This document shows, piece after piece, positions 16,835 through 25,266 of a stretch of DNA of 53,647 bases. A program made the position numbers and the translations under genes. The stretch is from NCBI GenBank assembly GCA_012518435.1, contig JAAYSG010000024.1, positions 1 through 53,647 on the forward strand, in the 5' to 3' direction. The stretch's first letter is position 1, and every line of letters begins with the position of its first letter. The DNA comes from Bacillota bacterium. GTDB taxonomy: Bacteria > Bacillota > DTU030. The notes under the pieces are model-generated. The model was not told the origin of the DNA, did no database searches, and saw only the letters and a list, made by a program, of their open reading frames with translations.

Positions 16835-18577
16835 ATGCGCAACCTAACCGTAAAGGACTTCCTATCCCTCAAACCAGCTGCCGAAATACGTTTGGTTGCT
16901 GGGGCAAAGGGCCAGGAAAGGGTCATCACCAGTGTCAATATTATGGACAACCCCGATACGGCCAGATGGTTATCGGAAGGGGAATTACTCTTGACCACCG
17001 GTTTTGTCTTTGTGGATGATCCAGCCTTACAGGCTAACCTAATCCAACAATTGGCCCAACGGCGCTGTGCTGGTTTGGGTCTTAAAATTAAGAGGTATTT
17101 TGAAACCATCCCCCAGCAAATGATAGACCAGGCGGAGGCCTGCGATTTCCCTTTGCTGGAATTGCCCTTTGAGTACTCCTTATCGCAGATTAGCTTTGCT
17201 GTGTATCAGGAAATTCTAAACCGCCAGGCGGCTCTCTTGAGTAAATCCAGGGATATACACAACTGCCTTACCAGGGTCAGCCTCGCCGGCGGGTCTCTGG
17301 AGGAAATCGTCCAAACCCTGGTGGAACTAATTGGTAATCCGGTATTGGTGTTGGATAGCCAATGGCGCTTGTTGGCATCTGGGGATTTGCCCAAAAATGA
17401 ACCATCGTTAGAGGAGTGTTTGCCCCTTATAAAGGGGCAACGTCTGTTTTCTGAGGAGTTTATTAGTGATATCCCCCAAGAAGCCGGCTCCTGGGAAAGA
17501 TCCATCAAAAGACAGTACCCCTGCCAAAGATTTGATGTTGCCTGCCGTATAAAGCCTGTTGCAGCTACGGGTAACATATATGGCTATATTGTGGTTTGGG
17601 AGAGTGTTAGGAAGTTGACCCAGCTTGATTATGTGGCAGTGGAGCACGCTGCGACGATAATAGCCCTGGAGCGCCTGAAGGAGCAGGCTATCGCGGAAAC
17701 CAAGCATCGCCTACGCCGTGATTTTTTCGATGATTTGCTGGCGGGTAAAATTGAATCGGTAAATGCCATTAGGACCTTGGGTGAAATACACGGCCTTTGC
17801 ACAGATAAACCCTATTGCTGTCTGGTCATAGAGCTCTATCCCGGGCAAAGGACCCAATCATCCGGATCATGGGCCATGGATACCTATTATCCTAAGGAGG
17901 GGATGGTAAGCACCCCTTCCTTGGAAAAGGTTATTAGCTGGCGGGTAGAAAGGGAACTGAGTAGGGCGGGTAATGGTGCGGTGGTTATAGTCCGCACCAA
18001 TAGGATAATTGTCTTTCTGCCCCTTTCCTCCCAGGCGGATAGAAGGACAATTAGGGATAATAGCAAGGATTTGGCTGGCAGTTTGTCTCGGGATATTAGG
18101 GAGGATCATCCTTGGGTAAGGTTTTCCATTGGTATCGGTCGGCCCTGCCCCAGCATATTGGACCTAAAGCAGAGCTTTATGGAAGCCTTGGAGGCCATCA
18201 AAATGAGCAGAAAGGTCGCCGCCACCCATCCCATAGCCCATTTTGATGATTTTCTTATCTATCACCTTTTGGATTCCGGGGGGAATGCTGGGGAATTGGA
18301 AAATTTCTTTCAGAACACCGTGGGCAAATTGGTTTCCTTTGATGAGGAAAACAATACCGATCTGGTCAAAACCTTGGAAGCCTTCTTTGCCAGCCGGGGC
18401 AATATTAGTAGCGCTGCCAAAGAACTTTTTATCCATCGCAACACCATGATGTATCGCCTGGATAGGATCAAGTTGATCCTGGGGGTGGATTTGGCCGATC
18501 CGGAACAACTATTGGAGTTAAACCTGGGTCTTAAAATCATGAACTTATTGCTAGTGAAAAAAATGGATTCCCAATAA
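16835..18577 (+). CDS. PucR-family transcriptional regulator (second copy)
   Basis: The C-terminal HTH reads AKELFIHRNTMMYRLDRI. The N-terminus MRNLTVKDFLSLKPAAEIRLVAG is typical. ATG at 16835 follows GGAGGGA, which lies inside the longer track ORF. Confidence 0.85.
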   Translation: MRNLTVKDFLSLKPAAEIRLVAGAKGQERVITSVNIMDNPDTARWLSEGELLLTTGFVFVDDPALQANLIQQLAQRRCAGLGLKIKRYFETIPQQMIDQAEACDFPLLELPFEYSLSQISFAVYQEILNRQAALLSKSRDIHNCLTRVSLAGGSLEEIVQTLVELIGNPVLVLDSQWRLLASGDLPKNEPSLEECLPLIKGQRLFSEEFISDIPQEAGSWERSIKRQYPCQRFDVACRIKPVAATGNIYGYIVVWESVRKLTQLDYVAVEHAATIIALERLKEQAIAETKHRLRRDFFDDLLAGKIESVNAIRTLGEIHGLCTDKPYCCLVIELYPGQRTQSSGSWAMDTYYPKEGMVSTPSLEKVISWRVERELSRAGNGAVVIVRTNRIIVFLPLSSQADRRTIRDNSKDLAGSLSRDIREDHPWVRFSIGIGRPCPSILDLKQSFMEALEAIKMSRKVAATHPIAHFDDFLIYHLLDSGGNAGELENFFQNTVGKLVSFDEENNTDLVKTLEAFFASRGNISSAAKELFIHRNTMMYRLDRIKLILGVDLADPEQLLELNLGLKIMNLLLVKKMDSQ

Positions 18578-18934
18578 GGCATTACCCAAAAGAACAATGA
18601 AAGGGACTTTGGGCAAGGCATATTGTGAAATATGGAGCAAAATATTGGGAATGTTGCACCACTGCACCCCTAATTTTTAGGCAGGATGCCCATGACGGGA
18701 GCTGCCTTGGTGCGATATTCTTCTAGGTAAGAAGGCCTCTGGACGGGTATTTGTATAGAAATACAATTAGGGCGCCAATGCTTTGTAGCAAATAACAGAA
18801 GAAAAGGGCCATGTTTGATAGAATTATAACTATATGCTAAATGCTAACAATTGCAAGAAAGGAGGGAGGGTAGCCAACCAATTCCATTCATTGTTGGGGT
18901 GGACAATAACTAAAACTTAAAGGGGGTTTATTAC

Positions 18935-19984
18935 GTGAAAAAGGACCAGGTTTGGAAAAAAATATTCGCGGTATTACTAATTGTTTCCCTCTTGGCCCTG
19001 GCGGGCTGTGGTAATGGCGGCGAAGCAGTCGATGAAGATGGTTCTACCGATGTGGAGGAAACTATTAATATTATTGTCAGCCACAACCACCCGGAGGATT
19101 CACCGGAACACATCGGAATGGCAGCATTCAAGGATTTGGTGGAAGAGAAGACAGATGGCAGGGTGCATGTTGATATATATACAAACCTGTCCCTGGGCAG
19201 TATGCGGGAACAAGCTGAGGCAACCCAAGGTGGAACAATCCAAATCACACAACAGCCAACTGCAGTTCTCAGCACCTTTGTATCGGCCTATGAGCTGGTG
19301 GACTTTCCCTTCTTATGGCCGGATGCCGATACGGCCTTTGAAGTATTGGATGGAAAAGTAGGTGCTGAAATAAGTGCTGCGGCGGAAAAAGAAGGTTTTG
19401 TAAACTTGGGCTGGATGCTGGCGGGATTCAAAAAATTCACTGCCGACAAGCCCATTCGCACAGCCGCTGACTTGAAGGGAATGCAGATTCGGGTTATGCC
19501 TGCCCCCCTTCTTAACGCCCAAATGGAAGCCTGGGATGCCAAACCCACACCCATTGAATTTGGGGAACTGTACAATGCCTTGCAGCAGCGTGTTGTAAAT
19601 GGCCAAGAAAACCCGATTAAGACCATCTACCTAAGCCGTTATTTTGAGGTGCAGGATTACCTTACCCTAAGTGATCATGGTCTCTTGGCCTATGCAATTG
19701 TGGCCAATAAAGACTGGTTTGAAGCTTTGCCCGAGGACATTCAGGCTGCCATTAGGGAGGCAACCCTGGAGTCTTGCGTAATTGAACGGGAAGCCCTGGC
19801 TGCCGTGGAAAACGAGATGCTGGAGGAGATGGAAGAATACGGGATGGAAATTATCACACCTACCCCGGAAGCCATTGCGGAATTCCGGGAGTTGGTGTTA
19901 CCGGTGCATGAGGAATTTGCAGACCGTGTGGGTAGATCCCTACTGGAAACCACCTATGCGGAAATTGAAGCGGCAACCAAATAG
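18935..19984 (+). CDS. dctP: TRAP transporter substrate-binding protein (DctP family), lipoprotein
   Basis: It has DctP-family sequence and a signal peptide with a lipobox (LLALAGC). GTG start lies 9 nt after AAGGGGG. Confidence 0.9.
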   Translation: MKKDQVWKKIFAVLLIVSLLALAGCGNGGEAVDEDGSTDVEETINIIVSHNHPEDSPEHIGMAAFKDLVEEKTDGRVHVDIYTNLSLGSMREQAEATQGGTIQITQQPTAVLSTFVSAYELVDFPFLWPDADTAFEVLDGKVGAEISAAAEKEGFVNLGWMLAGFKKFTADKPIRTAADLKGMQIRVMPAPLLNAQMEAWDAKPTPIEFGELYNALQQRVVNGQENPIKTIYLSRYFEVQDYLTLSDHGLLAYAIVANKDWFEALPEDIQAAIREATLESCVIEREALAAVENEMLEEMEEYGMEIITPTPEAIAEFRELVLPVHEEFADRVGRSLLETTYAEIEAATK

Positions 19985-20065
19985 TTATTTGCCAAGCCAG
20001 GCACCCAATGTTACCGGGGTGGCCTGGCTTGGCCTAAAATATAAAAAAGGATGTGGAGGACAACA

Positions 20066-20575
20066 GTGAGAAAGTGCCTGAAATTACTCCACCAAATTCA
20101 AGAAATCTTCTGTACCTACGGATTGTTGTTTGTGACGGCAACCTTGTTCCTAAATGTTGTCTTGCGATATGTTTTCCGTTCGGGATTACATTGGTCAGAT
20201 GAGGTTATTCGCTATGTAATGATCTGGATATCCTTTATTGGTATTACCTTTGGCATAAGGCAGGATAAGTTGATGGCGGTGGATTTGATCCTAAACTATG
20301 TGGGCCCTGGACTGGAAAGGTTTATAAGGCTAGTAAATAATATATTGGGTTTACTTTTTAGTGTACTAATCCTTTACTACGGGAAGATGGCAGTTTCCGC
20401 CATGGCCAGGTCCACCCAGGTTAGCCCTGCCCTCGAAGCGCCTATGTATATTTTTTATTTGGTAATCCCCCTCTCGGGAGCACTAATGACACTGGAATTT
20501 ATTTTTGCCTGTGCCCGCACCATAACAGGCAAAGGATTAGAAAAATCTGGGCTGGAAGAAAGGGGTGAAGCCTAG
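20066..20575 (+). CDS. dctQ: TRAP transporter small permease (DctQ family)
   Basis: It has four hydrophobic helices and sits between dctP and dctM. The GTG at 20066 lies 6 nt after GGAGGA; the track ATG at 20051 lies inside the SD. Confidence 0.8.
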   Translation: MRKCLKLLHQIQEIFCTYGLLFVTATLFLNVVLRYVFRSGLHWSDEVIRYVMIWISFIGITFGIRQDKLMAVDLILNYVGPGLERFIRLVNNILGLLFSVLILYYGKMAVSAMARSTQVSPALEAPMYIFYLVIPLSGALMTLEFIFACARTITGKGLEKSGLEERGEA

Positions 20576-21858
20576 TGGTACCAATACTATTTGGCAGTTT
20601 GACTATTATGCTCTTGGGGGCTACTCCCATCTTTCTAGCCTTGGGACTTTCGACACTCTTGGCCCTTGTGCTGGCCTCGCCGTTGGAACCAACCATCGTG
20701 GTTCAACGCTTATTTGGCGGCATTGATAAGTTTGCTTTGATGTCAATGCCTTTTTTTGTCCTGGCGGCTAACATTATGAGTGCGGGGGGCATTGCAGATA
20801 GAATTTTGCGCTGGGTACGACTTTTTGCCGGCAGACTGCGGGGGGGAGATGCCTTTACTACAGAATTGGCCTGTATGTTCTTTGGTGCCCTCTCTGGTTC
20901 TAGCCCTGCTACAGTGGCTGGTATAGGTGGGATGATGTACCCAGTGTTGAGGGAAAACAATTATGGGGAAGACTTTTCCCTGGGTCTGGTGGCTGCCAGT
21001 GGTTCGGTGGCCCTTATAATTCCTCCCAGCATTACCCTTATTGTATACGGCGCGGCCACCGGTACCTCTGTGGGGGCCTTGTTTATAGGTGGAATTGGTG
21101 CCGGTATCATGTATGGGCTGGTTTTTTTGGCCTATTGTTACTATTATGCTGTTAAGAATAAGCTCCCCCGGGGCCCCAAACCCTCATTCCGGGAAATTGT
21201 TGCGGTAACAAAGGAGGCCATTTGGGCCTTGGGAGTTCCTATAATTATTTTAGGTGGTATTTATGCCGGGGTGTTTACACCTACTGAGGCAGCGGGAGTG
21301 TCGGTGGTTTATGCCATTTTTGTCAGCATGTTCATCTATAAGGAATTAACTTGGAAGCAACTTTTGGATATCTGTAAGAGCTCGGCCAAGACCATTGGGG
21401 AAATAATGGTCTTGGTGGCTTGTGCTGCTACCTTTGGTTGGCTTCTTACCATTGGGCAAATTCCCCAAAAGGTAGCCACAAGCATGCTGCAGTACAGCTC
21501 TTCACCGGGAATTTTTCTTTTAATGGTCAATATTATCCTTCTCATTGCCGGCATGTTTATTGAGGGGACTGCGGCCATTACAATTCTAGTTCCCATCTTG
21601 TACCCCCTGTCTGTGCAGATGGGCATTAACCCGGTTCATTTGGGGGTATTGATCATCAGCAACCTATCGGTGGGGATGTTTACACCACCCTTTGGCTTGA
21701 ACCTTTTTGTTGGCAGTCAGGTCTGTGATGCCTCTGTTGTCAGTGTAATTCGGGGGGTAATGCCCTTTATACTTATCAGCCTAATTGCCTTGGCCATAAT
21801 AACCTATTTCCCGGGTATAACCCTATTTTTGCCCCGGATGGTCTATGGTGGTGTTTAA
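20575..21858 (+). CDS. dctM: TRAP transporter large permease (DctM family)
   Basis: It is a polytopic DctM-type sequence. Its GTG start overlaps the dctQ TAG stop by 1 nt (taGTG), which suggests translational coupling. Confidence 0.9.
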   Translation: MVPILFGSLTIMLLGATPIFLALGLSTLLALVLASPLEPTIVVQRLFGGIDKFALMSMPFFVLAANIMSAGGIADRILRWVRLFAGRLRGGDAFTTELACMFFGALSGSSPATVAGIGGMMYPVLRENNYGEDFSLGLVAASGSVALIIPPSITLIVYGAATGTSVGALFIGGIGAGIMYGLVFLAYCYYYAVKNKLPRGPKPSFREIVAVTKEAIWALGVPIIILGGIYAGVFTPTEAAGVSVVYAIFVSMFIYKELTWKQLLDICKSSAKTIGEIMVLVACAATFGWLLTIGQIPQKVATSMLQYSSSPGIFLLMVNIILLIAGMFIEGTAAITILVPILYPLSVQMGINPVHLGVLIISNLSVGMFTPPFGLNLFVGSQVCDASVVSVIRGVMPFILISLIALAIITYFPGITLFLPRMVYGGV

Positions 21859-21966
21859 ATGGGGTTCTGAGTTTCCATCACCTGGCGTAACCCGGGCAAT
21901 TATAAAAATAGGTGCCCTGAGCAGAATTAATGGTTTCTGGAGAAAGGTGATAAAGGGGGAAAGCAC

Positions 21967-22818
21967 GTGCTAAGGGAAAATGCAGGAAAATTACAGGTGG
22001 CGAGCATAGTAAAAAATGAACCTTTGGCCCATGATGTGTACCACATAACCCTCAGCGCACCCAAATTGGCCGCCGATGCACGACCTGGCCAGTTTGTGAT
22101 GGTTAAGGTGGCACCGGGCTTGGAACCTGCTCTGAGGCGTCCCTTTAGCCTCCACCGGTTTGATGGGGAGGCAGGGCAAGTGGAGTTTATCTATCAGGTT
22201 GTGGGCAGGGGTACTGACATTTTAACCAATAGGGTGGCAGGTGAGGAAATAGAGTTGTTTGGTCCATTGGGGAATGGCTTTTGCCTAGAAAAGGGGAGCC
22301 GTATTGGTCTTGTGGGTGGTGGGATGGGAATAGCCCCCCTTTTGGCTGCAGCAGAGGAAATATCCCGCTTGGGAAGGGAAGTTGTGACTTTTTTAGGCGC
22401 TAAAACGGGGGATTATCTACTGACTACCAAGGATTTTGCTGCACTGGGTCCTTTATATTTAACCACTGATGATGGGAGTGCCGGGGACAAGGCCCTGGTA
22501 ACCAAGCCCTTGCTAGACTATCTAGAAAATAAAAAGTTGGACCTTATTTTGGCTTGTGGCCCTACTCCCATGCTAAGGGCCCTATCTAAACTGGCCAATG
22601 AGGGGGGAATTCCCACCCAGTTATCCCTTGAAGAGCGCATGGGTTGTGGTACTGGGGTATGTTTGGGCTGTGCCACTGCCATTAGGGCCGATACACCGGA
22701 GGGCTATACTTACAAACGGGTATGTCATGACGGGCCGGTCTTCTGGGCTCGGGACGTATTGTTCTCAGTGCCTGATAAAATAACAGCAAAGGGGGGTTGT
22801 GACCATGGGCAAGGCTAG
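21967..22818 (+). CDS. pyrK: Dihydroorotate dehydrogenase (class 1B) electron-transfer subunit-like, FAD / 2Fe-2S
   Basis: PGQFVMVKV...RRPFSL (FAD-binding), the GGGMGIAPL NAD motif, and C-terminal CGTGVCLGC...C cluster cysteines. Confidence 0.85.
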   Translation: MLRENAGKLQVASIVKNEPLAHDVYHITLSAPKLAADARPGQFVMVKVAPGLEPALRRPFSLHRFDGEAGQVEFIYQVVGRGTDILTNRVAGEEIELFGPLGNGFCLEKGSRIGLVGGGMGIAPLLAAAEEISRLGREVVTFLGAKTGDYLLTTKDFAALGPLYLTTDDGSAGDKALVTKPLLDYLENKKLDLILACGPTPMLRALSKLANEGGIPTQLSLEERMGCGTGVCLGCATAIRADTPEGYTYKRVCHDGPVFWARDVLFSVPDKITAKGGCDHGQG

Positions 22819-23734
22819 GCTAGGGGTCCAATTTGGTCCCCTAAAATTAAAAAATCCCATCCTAACCATGTCCGGTACCTTTGGTTTTGGCCAAGAGCTT
22901 GGGGAATATTACGATTTGAGTGTTTTGGGCGGAATTATAGTTAAGGCCGTGACGGCGAAACCCCGAATTGGTAATCCGCCCCCCCGCATTGCCGAAACGG
23001 CGGGGGGGATATTAAACGCCATTGGCATCCAAAACCCCGGTGTGGATGCAGCCATAGCAGAGGAGCTGCCTCCCTTACAGGGTTTACGCAAGGAGGGGAC
23101 CCTTGTAATTGGGAGTGTATCGGGGCATAGCTTTGAGGATTATAACATTACCACCAAAAAACTGTCCGACTCGGGCCTTGTGGATGCCATTGAGCTAAAT
23201 ATTTCTTGCCCTAACCTCAAGGGCGGGGGCTTGACCTTTGGCACGGATCCGGCTACTGTTAAAAAGGTTGTAGCTGGAGTTCGCCCCCTTTGTGATGTGC
23301 CCTTGATAGTAAAGCTCAGTCCCAATGTGACTGATATTGTGGAAATTGCCCGCAGTGCCGGTGCCGGTGGGGCCGATATGCTATCCCTTATAAATACCTT
23401 GACGGGTATGGCAATTGACGCGGTGACCAGACGCCCAATACTGGGTAATGTTACCGGTGGCCTGTCCGGACCGGCGGTTAAACCTGTTGCCCTGAGGATG
23501 GTCCACGAGGTCTCTCAAGCGGTGGACTTGCCCATCCTGGGTATTGGCGGTGTTATTTCCGGTGTTGATGTGGTGGAATATCTTTTGGCGGGTGCCACTG
23601 CCGTTGGAGTAGGCACTGCTAATATACTTGATCCCTTGGCTGCACCCAGAATTGTGGGGGAGTTAGAAGAATTTCTCCTTAGGGAAAAAATAGAATCGGT
23701 GGAGGAATTAATTGGTGGCCTGCTTCTTCCTTAA
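22805..23734 (+). CDS. pyrD: Dihydroorotate dehydrogenase class 1B catalytic subunit-like (PyrD / dihydropyrimidine-dehydrogenase PreA-like)
   Basis: LKNPILTMSGTFGFG, NAIGIQNPG, ELNISCPN and GGLSGPAVKPVALR motifs. ATG at 22805 lies 8 nt after AAGGGGGG and overlaps the pyrK-like gene end. Confidence 0.85.
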   Translation: MGKARLGVQFGPLKLKNPILTMSGTFGFGQELGEYYDLSVLGGIIVKAVTAKPRIGNPPPRIAETAGGILNAIGIQNPGVDAAIAEELPPLQGLRKEGTLVIGSVSGHSFEDYNITTKKLSDSGLVDAIELNISCPNLKGGGLTFGTDPATVKKVVAGVRPLCDVPLIVKLSPNVTDIVEIARSAGAGGADMLSLINTLTGMAIDAVTRRPILGNVTGGLSGPAVKPVALRMVHEVSQAVDLPILGIGGVISGVDVVEYLLAGATAVGVGTANILDPLAAPRIVGELEEFLLREKIESVEELIGGLLLP

Positions 23735-23783
23735 TTGCTTCTTCAGGTTTGCCTTGCCATCTCAAGTATACTAGAAAATATAA

Positions 23784-23825
23784 AAAGGGCCCTTGCCGAT
23801 CAAAGGGGATTGGTAGGGGCCCTTT
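23784..23825. terminator. Hairpin / probable terminator after the pyrD-like gene
   Basis: A 9-bp outer stem (AAAGGGCCC ... GGGCCCTTT) has an inner CCGATC/GATTGG extension. The A/T tracts form the outer pairs of the stem. Confidence 0.5.
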
Positions 23826-24138
23826 GTCTGGGAAGTTATTGGCAACCATGGTGTGAAAGTTGGATGTTGAATTTTGCCCTACTGGTTTTCTTCTTTTTTT
23901 CCTTTGTTCAACCTGCCCAGGGTCTGATCTCTTTTTCGGGCACGGTGCCGATGACACCTTTGCCCCCTTGCCTTAAGCTGAAGGGGGAATGAAAATAGGG
24001 GCCCATTACCATTTTATGCCCATGAAATTAGAGTATGGGAGCTGGGATCCCCATGGTGCTAAAGGGCTCTACTTGACAAATCATCCCCCATAAGGGCTAT
24101 TTTTCCTTATGGTTGGGTGCTGGAGTGGAGGGATGGAT

Positions 24139-25086
24139 ATGGAGAAAAAGCCCCTTTTAGTGGTGGCTGTTGGTGGAAATGCGATTATTAGGGAAAAGCA
24201 AAGGGGGACCCAGTGGGAACAATTGGCCAATATTGAAGTTTGTTGTGAGGGCCTTATTGAATTGCTGGCCATGGGCTACCGGCTTGTCATAACCCATGGC
24301 AATGGGCCTCAGGTGGGCAATAACCTCCTGCGTGGTAAATGCGCCCACCACGTTCTTCCCCCCATGATGCTTGATGTCTATGGTGCGGAGACCCAGGGTC
24401 AGCTGGGTTACATGCTCCAGAGGGTGTTAAATAATAAACTGGGGGAAAGGGGGATATCTGCCAAGGTGGTAACGCTCATTACCCAAGTGCTGGTTGATGG
24501 GCAGGATCCGGCCTTTAAAAATCCCAGCAAACCAATTGGGCCCTTTTATACCAGGGAAGAATTTGAAAATATGAGTGAAGGGGAAAAAGCCAATTACGTG
24601 GAGGATAGTGGGAGGGGTTATCGGCGGGTAGTCCCATCACCAAAACCGCACAGGGTTGTTGAGTATCAAACCATTAGGGAGTTGGTAGAAGGCGGTAAAA
24701 TTGTGATTGCTGTGGGCGGGGGAGGTATTCCGGTTGTAAAGGGGCAGGATGGGAAGTATTATGGGGTTGAGGCAGTGATAGATAAGGATCTGGCGGCGGC
24801 GGTGCTGGCCAGGGAAATAGGGGCTGATTACCTTTTAATACTGACCAATGTGGAAGGAGTAGCAATAAATTTTGGCAAAGACAATATGACCTACATTGCC
24901 AAGATGTCCACCACCGAGGCCAGGCAATATATGAAGGAGGGGCATTTTCCCCCCGGTAGCATGGGGCCTAAACTTGAGGCTGCGATAGATTTTGTCGAAT
25001 TTAATGGGGGTAAGGCCTTTATAACCTCTCTGGAGAAGGCGGGGCTGGCATTGGCGGGAAAGAGTGGAACTATAGTATATAAATAG
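24139..25086 (+). CDS. arcC: Carbamate kinase
   Basis: PLLVVAVGGNAI..., VITHGNGPQVGN and AVGGGGIPVV are classic carbamate kinase motifs. ATG at 24139 lies 7 nt after GGAGG. Confidence 0.9.
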   Translation: MEKKPLLVVAVGGNAIIREKQRGTQWEQLANIEVCCEGLIELLAMGYRLVITHGNGPQVGNNLLRGKCAHHVLPPMMLDVYGAETQGQLGYMLQRVLNNKLGERGISAKVVTLITQVLVDGQDPAFKNPSKPIGPFYTREEFENMSEGEKANYVEDSGRGYRRVVPSPKPHRVVEYQTIRELVEGGKIVIAVGGGGIPVVKGQDGKYYGVEAVIDKDLAAAVLAREIGADYLLILTNVEGVAINFGKDNMTYIAKMSTTEARQYMKEGHFPPGSMGPKLEAAIDFVEFNGGKAFITSLEKAGLALAGKSGTIVYK

Positions 25087-25130
25087 GCCCTTGTAAAATG
25101 GGGTTAACAAGGTACAGGGTTCAAAAGGTG

Positions 25131-25165
25131 ATGTACCTCTTTTATAGTGGAGGTACATTTTTATT
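25131..25165 (+). terminator. Rho-independent terminator after carbamate kinase
   Basis: A perfect 9-bp stem (ATGTACCTC / GAGGTACAT) is followed by TTTTTATTT. Confidence 0.75.
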
Positions 25166-25266
25166 TCCCTTATTAGCAATAATAAGTAGGAGAAATATTT
25201 TTAGAATTTATATCCCTTTTTGTCGCCCTTATTATCTCCAGCCCAAATTTAAAAGGAGAGGTGTTT

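Noticed and set aside
23735-23992. An 85-aa plus-strand ORF (TTG start) and the overlapping 92-aa minus-strand ORF between the pyrD-like gene and carbamate kinase.
   Set aside because: The plus ORF starts 1 nt after the pyrD-like gene stop and spans the terminator hairpin. Neither has an SD, and both have hydrophobic or low-complexity composition with no family resemblance.
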